Positions 1 to 8,900 of a stretch of DNA of 41,027 nucleotides are shown piece by piece. The DNA lies in NCBI GenBank assembly GCA_038248695.1, contig JBBRXE010000002.1, positions 1-41,027 of the forward strand, read 5' to 3'. Made by a program: the position numbers and the translations under genes. Below the pieces are notes generated by a model. The model made no database searches. It was not told where the DNA came from and saw nothing but the letters and a program-made list of their open reading frames with translations. Position 1 is the first letter of the stretch, and every line of letters starts with the position of its first letter. Source of the stretch: Candidatus Limnocylindria bacterium. Its GTDB lineage: Bacteria; Chloroflexota; Limnocylindria; QHBO01.

Positions 1-760
1 AGTCGCCTCCTTCCGCGGGCGGCGCCTGCTCCGGCGCCGGCGTCTCCACCGACGCCTGGCCCTCGCCGCTGGGCGCCACTCCCGGCAGGTCCTCGGGGGC
101 CATGCCGGCCGCTGCGGCCACCACCTGGCGCAGGCTGCGCCAGTAGCGGTCGTAGTGGGCCGACAGACCGGCCATCGGATCCCGTCGTGAGCGCGACGCC
201 CACGCCCGGAACCCTCCACTGAACGGCAGCGGATGACGCCGGATGTCGGCGTTGAAGCGGCTTCCCCAGAACGCTCCGATCAGCCCGTCGATACGCTCGA
301 CCAGGCTGTCACCGCCCACGTGCACCGATCCGAGACAGACGATGCCGTCGTCGGAGGTGTTGGGCAGACAGCTGTGCTCGAGCGGATCGTCGAGCGATCG
401 CAGCGCGCTGCTGCGGAAGAAGGTGGCGAGGCTCTCGATGCGACCACCGCCGGTCGAGACCACGAAGACCACGTACGGCAGGCTGAGACGGTGCGTCACC
501 GGCTCACTGCCGTACCTGTTGCTGGCGTGGTACTCGATCTGGCGGCGCATCGGGAGTTGCTCGACCACGAACACCTCCCGCCCTTCGGGAGAACGGACCC
601 AGAAGCGGCAACCGGCGGGCAGCAGGCCGCTGATCGCCGAGCGCTGCTCGGCCAGCCGGCTCAGAAGATCGTCGAGCGCGACGTCGCGCTCGGCCACCTC
701 GGTCACCAGCGTGGCCAGGTCGCCTTCGATGCGCAGGTACTTGCGCGAATGCATGGACAT
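1..760 (-). CDS. E2/UBC-like ubiquitin-conjugating-type protein, partial (C-terminus runs off the left edge)
   Basis: Own minus-strand translation; this edge ORF is not in the track. ATG at 760-758 is preceded by GAGGAGGA (771-778), and the frame stays open to position 1. It contains LPNTSDDGIVCLGSV (Cys codon 337-335). This resembles the HPN-x(5-8)-G-x-(I/V)-C-L active-site signature of UBC-fold E2 enzymes. It lies 92 nt downstream of a ubiquitin-like gene. Confidence 0.5.
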   Translation of the reverse strand, partial: MSMHSRKYLRIEGDLATLVTEVAERDVALDDLLSRLAEQRSAISGLLPAGCRFWVRSPEGREVFVVEQLPMRRQIEYHASNRYGSEPVTHRLSLPYVVFVVSTGGGRIESLATFFRSSALRSLDDPLEHSCLPNTSDDGIVCLGSVHVGGDSLVERIDGLIGAFWGSRFNADIRRHPLPFSGGFRAWASRSRRDPMAGLSAHYDRYWRSLRQVVAAAAGMAPEDLPGVAPSGEGQASVETPAPEQAPPAEGGD

Positions 761-852
761 CGTTGAGTTCCTCCTCTAGCCTCTCAGGTGGGCAGCCCGA
801 TCACACCAACTGAGGTGTTGCTCGGACTGCCCGCTCATCGTTGGCTGCTGTC

Positions 853-1089
853 TCAGGCGGCGAGGCCCTTGACGCCAGCCGGCTTGAGGAAGTCGATCTC
901 GTCCCCGGAACGAACGATGTGGTCGTCGGCCACGATCTGGCCATTGACCCGCACCGTCGTCTCGCGCGGCAGATTGAGCACCTGCTCGAGCATCTTCCAG
1001 ATGCCGCGGATGCTCTTGCCGCCGAGGTCGAGGGATAGCTCGTTGACGCCGTACACGACCTTGACGGCCGTGTCCTCGTAGGTCTGCAC
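853..1089 (-). CDS. Small ubiquitin-like beta-grasp protein (ThiS/MoaD-like), 78 aa
   Basis: Sits inside track ORF 853..1149. The start is taken at GTG 1089-1087, behind AAGGAGAA; the same RBS+GTG cassette precedes the HTH gene. VQTYEDTAVKVVYGV...TTVRVNGQIVADDHIVRSGDEIDFLKPAGVKGLAA carries the ThiS-like motif 'V-NG-x-V ... GDEI'. It ends G-V-K-G followed by a 3-residue tail (LAA). Confidence 0.7.
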   Translation of the reverse strand: MQTYEDTAVKVVYGVNELSLDLGGKSIRGIWKMLEQVLNLPRETTVRVNGQIVADDHIVRSGDEIDFLKPAGVKGLAA

Positions 1090-1557
1090 GATGGTTCTCC
1101 TTGTGCTTTGCAGAACGTTGCGAACACCAAAAGGACCGGGCAGCTCCACGAGGTGCGTTCGCGCTGTAAGCCACCTCGTTCGCCTTGTCGCCGCACGCGG
1201 TGCGGCCGAGTCCCCGGTCCGGGTGAGCGCTCATCAGAAACGATTCACCGGGCGGGCGCTCGCCGCCGGTGTCGACCGTTGGCGGGTGCGGCATCCCTCC
1301 TTTCTTTACTCAGCGCGGAGACGTTCCGCCACCGAATCGGGGAGTGAGGCCAGACCGTCGTCGGTCGCACCTGTGGAAGGTTGAGCTCCCTTTCAGAAAG
1401 CCGAGATCGGCGCGACGCAGCCGCCCCCACTGAGAGCGAGCCACGACCGGGCCGAGCGGCACATCGGAAGGAAGCGTTCCCCTTCTGCAGATGGACCAAA
1501 ACGACCGGCCGGGCCCGTCCTCGGGGTCGGGGCGGAGGCGGCGTGGTGTGCATGCGG
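1090..1557 (-). promoter_or_regulatory. Long conserved leader, copy 1 (fills most of the 504-nt HTH-Ubl intergenic region)
   Basis: Paralogous to 2005-2472. Shared blocks, as plus-strand coordinates copy1/copy2:
- cacgatggttctcc 1087/2002
- aaggaccgggcag 1131/2050
- ggcatccctcctttcttt 1290/2214
- cagcgcggaga 1311/2233
- ggagtgaggc 1341/2261
- aagccgagatc 1398/2313
- gagcgagccacgaccg 1434/2349
- tgcagatggacc 1486/2401

The hairpin stem acgaggtg/cacctcgt is conserved (1148-1179 vs 2068-2102), while its loop differs in sequence and length. Confidence 0.5.
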
Positions 1558-1593
1558 TGCGGGGTGCACGACCCGCACAACGCGCGTGAGCTG

Positions 1594-2004
1594 TTAGCGA
1601 AGGCCGAGGAGACGGTCGATGTCGGCCGCCTCGAGTTCCTCGTCGAGCTCACGCAGGTCGCGACGGATGGCACCCGCCAGCTCCAGTGCCTGGCGCCGCA
1701 GGCGCCACAGCTGCTCGCGTTGGCACCGCAGCCGCTCGTTGGGCTGTGGTGTGCCGAGGTAGTCCCCGACCGTTGGCAGGGCTGTCCGGATCTGGCTGAC
1801 CCGGGCGGCGCTGACGCCCAGGCGTCCAGCGATCTGGCGATTGCTGTAGCCGGCGTCGAGCAGCTCAGCGACCGTGTGCGCCTGGCCGATGAAGCGCAGG
1901 CTCGGTGACGGGCCGCGACCGTGATGAGCGGTCATGGTTCCATCGCCTGCAGCTCGCGCCTCACCCGGAGGCCGGCGCTGTCGCAGCTCCTCGTCGGTGT
2001 GCAC
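1594..2004 (-). CDS. Helix-turn-helix regulator (LuxR / sigma-70 region-4-like HTH) with C-terminal coiled-coil, 136 aa
   Basis: Track ORF 1594..2097, trimmed to GTG 2004-2002, which sits behind the conserved AAAGGAGAACCATC cassette. The HTH is LLDAGYSNRQIAGRLGVSAARVSQIRTAL. The C-terminus is heptad-like (LWRLRRQALELAGAIRRDLRELDEELE). Confidence 0.7.
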   Translation of the reverse strand: MHTDEELRQRRPPGEARAAGDGTMTAHHGRGPSPSLRFIGQAHTVAELLDAGYSNRQIAGRLGVSAARVSQIRTALPTVGDYLGTPQPNERLRCQREQLWRLRRQALELAGAIRRDLRELDEELEAADIDRLLGLR

Positions 2005-2472
2005 GATGGTTCTCCTTTGTGCTTTTCTAGGTATCGCGAACACGAAGCGAAGGACCGGGCAGCGCCGACGAGGTGCATTCGCATGCTTGCTTAGCACCTC
2101 GTTGGGCTTGATACCGCACGCGTGCGCGGCTGCGTCCCGGTCCGGAACGAGCGTTCGAATGAACGATCACCGGCGGGCGCTCGCCCGCGGGGTGATCGAC
2201 CGATGACGGTGAGGGCATCCCTCCTTTCTTTGCAGCGCGGAGATGTCCGCCACTGAGATGGGAGTGAGGCTTTGCCGTCGTCGAACGCACCTGCGAGAAG
2301 AGTCTCCCCGGGAAGCCGAGATCAGCCCGACGCACCCGACCTCCTTAGGAGCGAGCCACGACCGAGCCGATGCGAGCATCCGAGAAGGAGCGTTCCCTCG
2401 TGCAGATGGACCGATCGAGCGGCCGAGCCTGTTCCCGAGGTGGGGGCAGAGGCGCCGTGTGGTGTGCGTGCG
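2005..2472 (-). promoter_or_regulatory. Long conserved leader, copy 2 (5' UTR of the HTH gene)
   Basis: See copy 1. It lies between the predicted promoter at 2703-2746 and GTG 2004, which implies a ~690-nt untranslated leader. The 3' ~470 nt of that leader is the duplicated unit. Confidence 0.5.
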
Positions 2473-2702
2473 GAATCGCGCGAATCGAGGTAGGTAGCGC
2501 GAATGGCAGCGTGTATGCGGTTGGTAAGGTGAGCTGTCGCCGTGAGCCTGTGATGAGGCTCCTGGCGCCGCCACTGGTCAGATCGCGATCAAGAAGGTCG
2601 CGGGAATCCGTGGCGGGAGACTCCGCCATCCTCGTCTTGAGGTGATGGCGGCGGCCGGTCGTCTGGAGGTCTGCACCAGGGACGGCCCGGCCGCCGACTC
2701 AC

Positions 2703-2746
2703 ACGCTAGTCCGCGACAGGCTAGGAAGCAATAGGAAGTGTGTACG
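2703..2746 (-). promoter_or_regulatory. Predicted promoter with upstream 14-mer (minus strand CGTACACACTTCCT-a-TTGCTT-17 nt-TAGCGT)
   Basis: Read directly from the sequence:
- 14-mer: 2733-2746
- -35: 2726-2731
- -10: 2703-2708

The architecture is near-identical to the promoter at 29510-29554. Confidence 0.5.
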
Positions 2747-2792
2747 AGCCGGTGTACGGTTCGCAGACCGTCATCCGAGCTATCGTCAGGAC

Positions 2793-4260
2793 GTGTGGAA
2801 ATAGCCGGACTCTGAGGGCCCGCGAGGCACAAAGAGAACGGCGTACCCTTCCGGTTGTTGAAGCCAAAGAAGGAGACGCCGCGATGGAAACGTACCACGC
2901 TCCGACCCCGGTCGCACAGCCCCAGCCGCCGACCGAGGCCGGCATCGACCGCCACGCGCTGGCTCCCGTCGAGCCGCGGGTGCCTGAGCCCGAGCCCAGC
3001 CAGGCGCCCGCCTCGATGGTCAACCAGACCATCGAGGAACTGGCGCGCGAGGGCGCCAGGCGCATGCTGGAACGGGCCCTGGCAGTCGAGGTCGACGAGT
3101 TCCTGGGCCGCCCCCGCTACGAGCGCCGCCTGCTGGCCGAGCACGGCTACCGCAACGGCTACGGCCGCCCGCGGGCGGTGGCTATCGGCACCTGGCCAGT
3201 CGAGGTTCGCGCACCGCGCATCCGCGACCTGCCGGACGACGCACCGCCGTTCCACTCTGCCATCCTGCCCCGGCGACGAATGCTGTCGGCCGAGACGCAG
3301 CGCCTGTTCGCGCGGCTCTACCTTGAGGGCCTCAGCTCGGGCGACTTCGAGCCCGCCTTCCGCGAGCTGCTCGGCGAATACGCCACCCTGTCGAGCTCGA
3401 CCATCCTGCGCCTCAAGGAGGAGTGGGCTGCCGAGTACGCCGCCTGGCGGGTGCGTCCGCTGAGCGCCAGATACGCCTACATCTGGTCGGACGGCATCTA
3501 CCTCGGTGCCGGCCTGGAGCCCGAGAACAGCTGCCTTCTGGTGATCGTCGGCGCGCGCGAGGACGGCCGCAAGGAGCTGCTGGCCATGGAGCTCGGCTAC
3601 CGTGAGAGCGGCGCGTCGTGGGCTGCGGTGCTGCGCGGCCTCCGTGACCGCGGGATGAAGGCGCCGCTGCTGGCCTGTGGCGACGGCGCGCTGGGCCTGT
3701 GGGCCGCACTCAACGAGGTCTTCCCGACCACCCGCCATCAGCGCTGCTGGAACCACCGCGTGCTCAACGTGCTGGACAAGGTCCCAAAACGGCTGTGGCC
3801 CGACATCCGCCGCCGGCTGCGTGAGCTGTGGAGCGCCGACAGCCGAGCCGAGTGCGAGCTGCGCCGCGATGGGCTGCTGCGTTGGCTGGAGGCCCACGGT
3901 CAGCTGGCCGCGGCCGACACCGTGCTGCGCGACTGGGACGACTTCGTGACCTTCTACGACTTCCCGGCCGAGCACTGGATCCACCTCCGGACCTCGAACC
4001 CGATCGAGTCGCTGTTCGCCGGGGTCCGGCTGCGCACCGACGTCGCCAAGCGCATGCGCCGCCGCGAGAACGCCCTCTACCTGGTGTTCAAGATCGCCCA
4101 GCGCCTCGAGCACTCCTGGCGTCCGCTCAACGGCGGGCTGACGATCATGACCCTGCTGCTCGGCGGCGCGCGGTTCATCGACGGCGTCTACGTGCGGGTG
4201 CCAGAGGAGGTGTCAGCGGCCTGATTCCGGATTGACACGGCGCCACAGGTGCTTCCACAG
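2793..4260 (+). mobile_element. IS256-family insertion sequence (ends approximate)
   Basis: Contains an intact Transposase_mut-type gene. The candidate terminal inverted repeats are weak: gtgtggaaatagc (2793-2805) versus the reverse complement of ggtgcttccacag (4248-4260), matching at 9 of 13 positions. No target-site duplication was seen. Confidence 0.6.
2884..4224 (+). CDS. IS256-family (mutator-type) DDE transposase, 446 aa
   Basis: Track ORF 2740..4224, with ATG 2884 behind AAGAAGGAGA. Family motifs present: YIWSDGIYL, ACGDGALGLWAAL, QRCWNHRVLNVLDK and TSNPIESLF. Confidence 0.9.
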   Translation: METYHAPTPVAQPQPPTEAGIDRHALAPVEPRVPEPEPSQAPASMVNQTIEELAREGARRMLERALAVEVDEFLGRPRYERRLLAEHGYRNGYGRPRAVAIGTWPVEVRAPRIRDLPDDAPPFHSAILPRRRMLSAETQRLFARLYLEGLSSGDFEPAFRELLGEYATLSSSTILRLKEEWAAEYAAWRVRPLSARYAYIWSDGIYLGAGLEPENSCLLVIVGAREDGRKELLAMELGYRESGASWAAVLRGLRDRGMKAPLLACGDGALGLWAALNEVFPTTRHQRCWNHRVLNVLDKVPKRLWPDIRRRLRELWSADSRAECELRRDGLLRWLEAHGQLAAADTVLRDWDDFVTFYDFPAEHWIHLRTSNPIESLFAGVRLRTDVAKRMRRRENALYLVFKIAQRLEHSWRPLNGGLTIMTLLLGGARFIDGVYVRVPEEVSAA

Positions 4261-4275
4261 CACAGGAGGATGAGC

Positions 4276-4725
4276 ATGACCGACGCGGCGAATCACCCAT
4301 GGCAGGCGATCGGCGCGGTACGCGACTGGCTGGCTGCAGCCGGACTGCCGGTCCACGAACACCCGACCCTCGACGTGCCATCGAAGGACCGTGAGATGGC
4401 GTGCGCCCTCATCGAGGAGGAGGCCGCCGAGTTCCGGGCAGCGGTCGAGGCATCCGACCTGGTCGAGATCGCTGACGCGGTCGCGGATCTCATCTGGGTC
4501 GTGCTGGAGGCCGGCATCACCTTCGGCATCCCAATCGAGGACGTCTTCGCCGAGGTTCGCCGCTCGAACCTGACCAAGATCGAGACTGGTGAGCCGGTCG
4601 TCAACGCCAACGGCAAGATCGTCGCCGGGCCGACCTTCTCGGCACCCGATCTGCTGCCGATCCTGGCGGCGCATGCTCGATCCCCGGACGACGTCGCTGA
4701 GTGGATCCGGCGACGTGCCGACTGA
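4276..4725 (+). CDS. MazG-like / phosphoribosyl-ATP pyrophosphohydrolase-like NTP pyrophosphatase, 149 aa
   Basis: Track ORF 4249..4725; the second ATG (4276) is 6 nt after AGGAGGA. LIEEEAAEFRAAVEASDLVEIADAVADLIWVVLEAGITFGIP...EVRRSNLTK matches the all-alpha MazG-like EExxE ... D..aD motif pattern. Confidence 0.75.
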   Translation: MTDAANHPWQAIGAVRDWLAAAGLPVHEHPTLDVPSKDREMACALIEEEAAEFRAAVEASDLVEIADAVADLIWVVLEAGITFGIPIEDVFAEVRRSNLTKIETGEPVVNANGKIVAGPTFSAPDLLPILAAHARSPDDVAEWIRRRAD

Positions 4726-4755
4726 GCTGTCCGCCCGCCCGTTTACATCATCGTG

Positions 4756-4890
4756 CGGAAAGGAGTTTCCACACTTCTTGACGAAAGCTCGTCATCCTAG
4801 GCAAAGGAGAATGGCGTACCGTCCACCAGGTCTCAAGGCCACAGAAGGAGCACGCCGCGATGGAAGCGTAGCGTGCCCTGACCCAGTCGC
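4756..4890 (+). mobile_element. Solo left-end remnant of a second IS256-family copy
   Basis: gtgcggaaa (4756-4764) matches the IRL core. Positions 4795-4890 are collinear with 2826-2920 of the intact IS (the 5' UTR, the RBS and ATGGAA). The remnant reads ATG GAA GCG TAG and then loses similarity. Confidence 0.5.
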
Positions 4891-5224
4891 ACCTTCTTCC
4901 GCTCGTGACGAACTCGGCAGAGCCATGCCTGGGCGAAAGCTGACCTACTGGGTGACGTGACCGCGCCAGATGTGAACGAGCGACTGTTGGCTATCTGCGC
5001 GGCGCGGCGCAGGACCGCGTCGCGCGCGAACGTCACGGTCCTGCTGTGGACGCAGGGTTGGGACATCGATGACGGACTGCTGCGGGGGTGCGTGCTCACC
5101 GCGCTACCTGGCCGCGCTCTGCGCCGCGACAGTGACGAGCCGCTCGATCGGCTGGACGAGGTCGCCGTGCGCAAAGCCTCCCGTTTGCTCCGCATCCTGC
5201 GACCCGGGAAGCTGCCCAAAGACG

Positions 5225-5869
5225 ATGCGGGATTTCGGGCGCAGCGCGGCCGGCACGCTGGCGGCCATAGGCTATGGAGTGGCCGCACCGATCGATGACG
5301 CCACCGGCACGCTGCTGGAGCGGGCTGCAAACTTGCATCGTGCTCGGGCCGATGCGGTCGACGGCCCACCGCCGTGGCTTGTCGGACCGCCTTCCCGTAT
5401 CTTTCGGCTGATGGCTTGCTACGCGCGACCCGGGATGGTGCGCCGCTATCTGCGGAAGGTGAGTTCGCGACGGCTGCGCATTGCGCGCCCGTACGCTCGG
5501 TTCATGATTGAGGGTTTTCCGTCAGTGGCGCGAGCCCTCGAATGCCGTCGCGGTCGCGGATTCGGAGGCTTCGGGTGGATCGCCACGCTCGGTCCTAAGA
5601 ACGCCAGCATGCTGGCCATGATCGCAATCTACGCCGTGCGGTTTCCTGCACTGCGGCGCCGCTTCGACACGTTCATGGAGGATCTCCAGCCGGCAGTCGC
5701 TCCGGCAGTTCCAACCTGTGCGCTGTACGCCGCGTATCTCGCCCGTCATCCCGATCAACGAGCGCCACTACCCCGTCATGGCCTCGACGGCCTGATGGCC
5801 CGCGGCGAGCTACGGCGGACCGAGGGCGCCGAGGAGTTAGTGCATAGCTTGCTGGCGGCATCGGACTGA
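5225..5869 (+). CDS. Hypothetical protein (possibly the frameshifted continuation of ORF 4957..5298)
   Basis: Track ORF 5069..5869, trimmed to ATG 5225. There are no recognisable motifs. The overlapping upstream frame 4957..5298 also reads protein-like, so one gene with a shift near 5215-5235 is possible. Confidence 0.3.
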   Translation: MRDFGRSAAGTLAAIGYGVAAPIDDATGTLLERAANLHRARADAVDGPPPWLVGPPSRIFRLMACYARPGMVRRYLRKVSSRRLRIARPYARFMIEGFPSVARALECRRGRGFGGFGWIATLGPKNASMLAMIAIYAVRFPALRRRFDTFMEDLQPAVAPAVPTCALYAAYLARHPDQRAPLPRHGLDGLMARGELRRTEGAEELVHSLLAASD

Positions 5870-5968
5870 AAAGAGTCCTTCCGCACAATCCTTCTGGGAC
5901 CGGGGCCGATGAGCTGACTCGTGGAGCAATTGGCTTCATCGGGACCCGGTCGCACCTAATATACGGAC

Positions 5969-8900
5969 ATGCCACGTTCGTCCGTGTCGAGTGCTTTATC
6001 CGAGTTCTTGAATGTCGTTGCCAGTCGGCTAGGTCTCGGAACCGGCCAACCCGAGGCGCAATTGAGCGGTGTTGACGGCCTTCTGTCGATCTTCGGCGCG
6101 TCGCTTGGCCGCCTCGTGGAGGTGACGCCCGAAACCGGCGTCGCGGAACTTCACATCCGACCCGACATGGCCGTTCACGTCGAGAGATTGCTTAGCGGAT
6201 TTCTCGAACTGAAGGCCCCTGGAAAAGGTGCAGATCCCTCGAGGTTCACCGATCAGCACGACCGTGATCAGTGGCAGAGTCTGCGCGAACTTCCGAACCT
6301 GATCTACACCGATGGATGGGACTGGGCCCTATACCGTGCGGGTGAGCGCGTTGCCTCTGTTTCTTTAGGGCCTGTAGGAACGGTCCGGACGGATCATCGA
6401 GCGCTGCTGCGCCTGGTTGAGATCTTCCTTGCATGGGAGCCGATCGTTCCCAGCAGCCCTGAGGCACTTGCCGCGGTTCTGGCGCCACTCTGCCGCATCC
6501 TCCGAGATGAGGTGGCGGCCGCTCTCCGCCTGGAGGGGTCCGCCATGCAGCAACTTGCCGCGGACTGGAGGCAGGTGCTCTTCCCCGAGGCCAGCGATGA
6601 CCAATTTGCTGATGCGTACGCCCAGACCCTGACCTACGCCTTGCTCTTGGCACGCCTCGATCCATCTACGGAAGGCGGTGCGGTTCTGACCGCTGGTGCC
6701 GCCGCTGAGACCTTGCAAACTGGTCACGCGCTATTGGCCCAAGCACTGCGCATCCTCACCGATCCGGCCGCACGAGCCGAAATCGCAACGGGGGTCTCGC
6801 TGTTGGAAAGGGCAATCGGCGCGGTGCAACCGGATTTGGTCAGGGGCAGGGCAGAGCACGATGTTTGGCTGTACTTCTACGAGCAGTTCCTCGCCGAATA
6901 CGATCCCAGGCTGCGAGAGGAGCGAGGCGTTTACTACACGCCGGTCCCTGTGGTCCACACACAGGTGCGGTTGGTGAGCCGCTTGCTTCAGGAGCGGCTG
7001 GGAAAGGATCACAGCTTCGCGGAGGAAGGAGTCGTCCTCCTCGATCCGGCGGTCGGTACCGGGACATACCCCCTTGCCGCCATCGACCATGCGCTGGAGT
7101 TATGTGCGGAGACCGCAGGGACGGGGGCGATACCAGGTCGAGCCACACAGCTTGCTCGGAACGTGCATGCCTTCGAGATTCTTGTGGGTCCGTATACGGT
7201 GGCGCACCTGCGGCTGACCCAACGGATTAGAGATGCGGGTGGTCAACTCCCACCGGAGGGAGCGCAGGTGTATCTGACTGACACCCTTGAATCCCCGGAA
7301 GGCGAACCGCAACAGATACCTCTTTTCCTTCGCCGCTTGGGAGATGAACACGAGCGTGCGAGGCGAGTGAAGCTGGGTACCAGGGTGCTTGTCTGCATTG
7401 GTAACCCTCCTTACCACAGACAATCGGCGAGCGTGAGGTCGGGTGGGGGCGAGGGTGGACACGCGGCGGAGCTGCTCGGGCGGTTCTTGGATCTGGCTCG
7501 TGGCCACACGATGTTCAGCCACATCGCCAGCCTCTATAACGACTATGTCTACTTCTGGCGATGGGCTATTTCGAAGGTGTTCGAGTCGGACACTGGGCCT
7601 GGAATCGTCTCGTTTATCAGCGCTTCGTCTTACCTCTCGGGGCCGGGCTTTATCGGGATGCGCGAGGTACTCCGACGCGAGGCTGACGAGATATGGATCA
7701 TTGATCTTGAGGGCGGCGGAATCAGGGCGAGTGAGAACGTCTTCGCCATCCTCACGCCGGTGGCAATCGCGATCGCGGTTCGGTACGGAGATGGGTCCCC
7801 GGAGATGCCGGCGAGCGTCCACTACGCGCGAGTTGAAGGGACCAGGGAGGAGAAGCTCCAATTTCTTGAGGAGGTTGCTGCCTTCGGGGACATTGAATGG
7901 CGTTTGGCGCCTGACGGTTGGACGGATCCGTTCGTCGCCCAAGAATCGAGTGTGTTTGGGGATTGGCCCCTGTTGGCAGACATCTTCCCGTGGCAGACGC
8001 CGGGCATGATGATCGGTCGGACGTGGCCAGTCGCGACATCAAGGCAATTGGCTGAGGAGCGATGGCGTCGGTTTGCCGCGTCGAGCGTGGGGCAACGTCC
8101 GGAGTTGCTGCGCGAAGGCCGGTTCGGCCGGAGAGTTGTATCGGAGCTTGGGACTCCCACGTGGCCGCCGCCCGCCTCTCCTGGGACACTGGCACAGATC
8201 AGTCATGAGAGTGTCGTGCCGCAGGTTGTTCCATACGGCTACAGGTCTTTGCTTAAGAATTGGATTCTCGCCGACGCGCGGCTCATTGACCTGCAGCGGC
8301 CTCCGATGTGGTATGCGACTCGGACGAGCAGGTCTACCTGGTTAGCCTCCTGACTGGCGTGCTCGGACCGGGGCCTGGCGCCACCGTCAGTGCGTATGTA
8401 GTGGACAAACACTTCTTCCGCGGGTCCTATGGTGGCAAGGATGTCGTTCCACTGTGGAGGGACCGCGAGCGCACCCAGCCGAACATCACTGCGGGCGTGT
8501 TGCCGGCGCTGACGAACACACTCGGTCGCAGCATTTCTCCCGAGGATCTCTTTGCCTACTGCTACGCGATCCTAGGGAATCCGGGTTACGTCGGTCGATT
8601 TGAGCGCGAGCTGAGGACATCGGGGCCCCGCGTTTCCATCACAACTGATCAGGCCCTCTTCGAACGGGCGGTTGCGCTCGGGCGACGTCTTGTATGGCTC
8701 CATACCTTCGGCCGGAGGTTTGGGGCGGGCGAGAGATGGTCGCCAAGAGGCGAGACGCGAGCTGTCACTCCGGTATCGCAAGGTCGTCGCGGATACCCCG
8801 ATGACTTCCGGTACGACGAGGCGACGACAACCCTACACGTTGGCGACGGCACCTTTCAACCAGTTCGTCCCGAGGTCTGGGACTACGAGATCTCGGGGTT

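Noticed and set aside
1230-1237. Hammerhead-ribozyme core CUGAUGAG on the minus strand of leader copy 1
   Set aside because: The octamer is absent from the paralogous position in copy 2. No matching GAAA/stem III arrangement is evident, so it is likely chance.
2027-2218. Conserved uORF in both leader copies (ATG 2218 and ATG 1294; M-P-x-P-x-x-V-D...G-E-R-P-P)
   Set aside because: Not called as a CDS for four reasons. The GGAGGG lies only 1 nt from the ATG. The two peptides diverge completely after ~30 codons because of indels. The copy-1 frame runs on through the Ubl gene. The conserved codons coincide with a conserved hairpin. It is retained only as an alternative explanation in the leader finding.
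2249-2255. GCCACTG, reminiscent of the cobalamin-riboswitch core
   Set aside because: It is on the plus strand, opposite to the transcription direction of the flanking genes. Copy 1 has gccaccg at the equivalent place. No B12-box-like partner sequence was seen.
2578-4113. 511-aa minus-strand ORF covering the IS256 region
   Set aside because: It is antisense to a transposase gene that has clear family motifs. Its translation is Ala/Gly/Arg-rich with no motifs, which is the typical high-GC antisense artefact.
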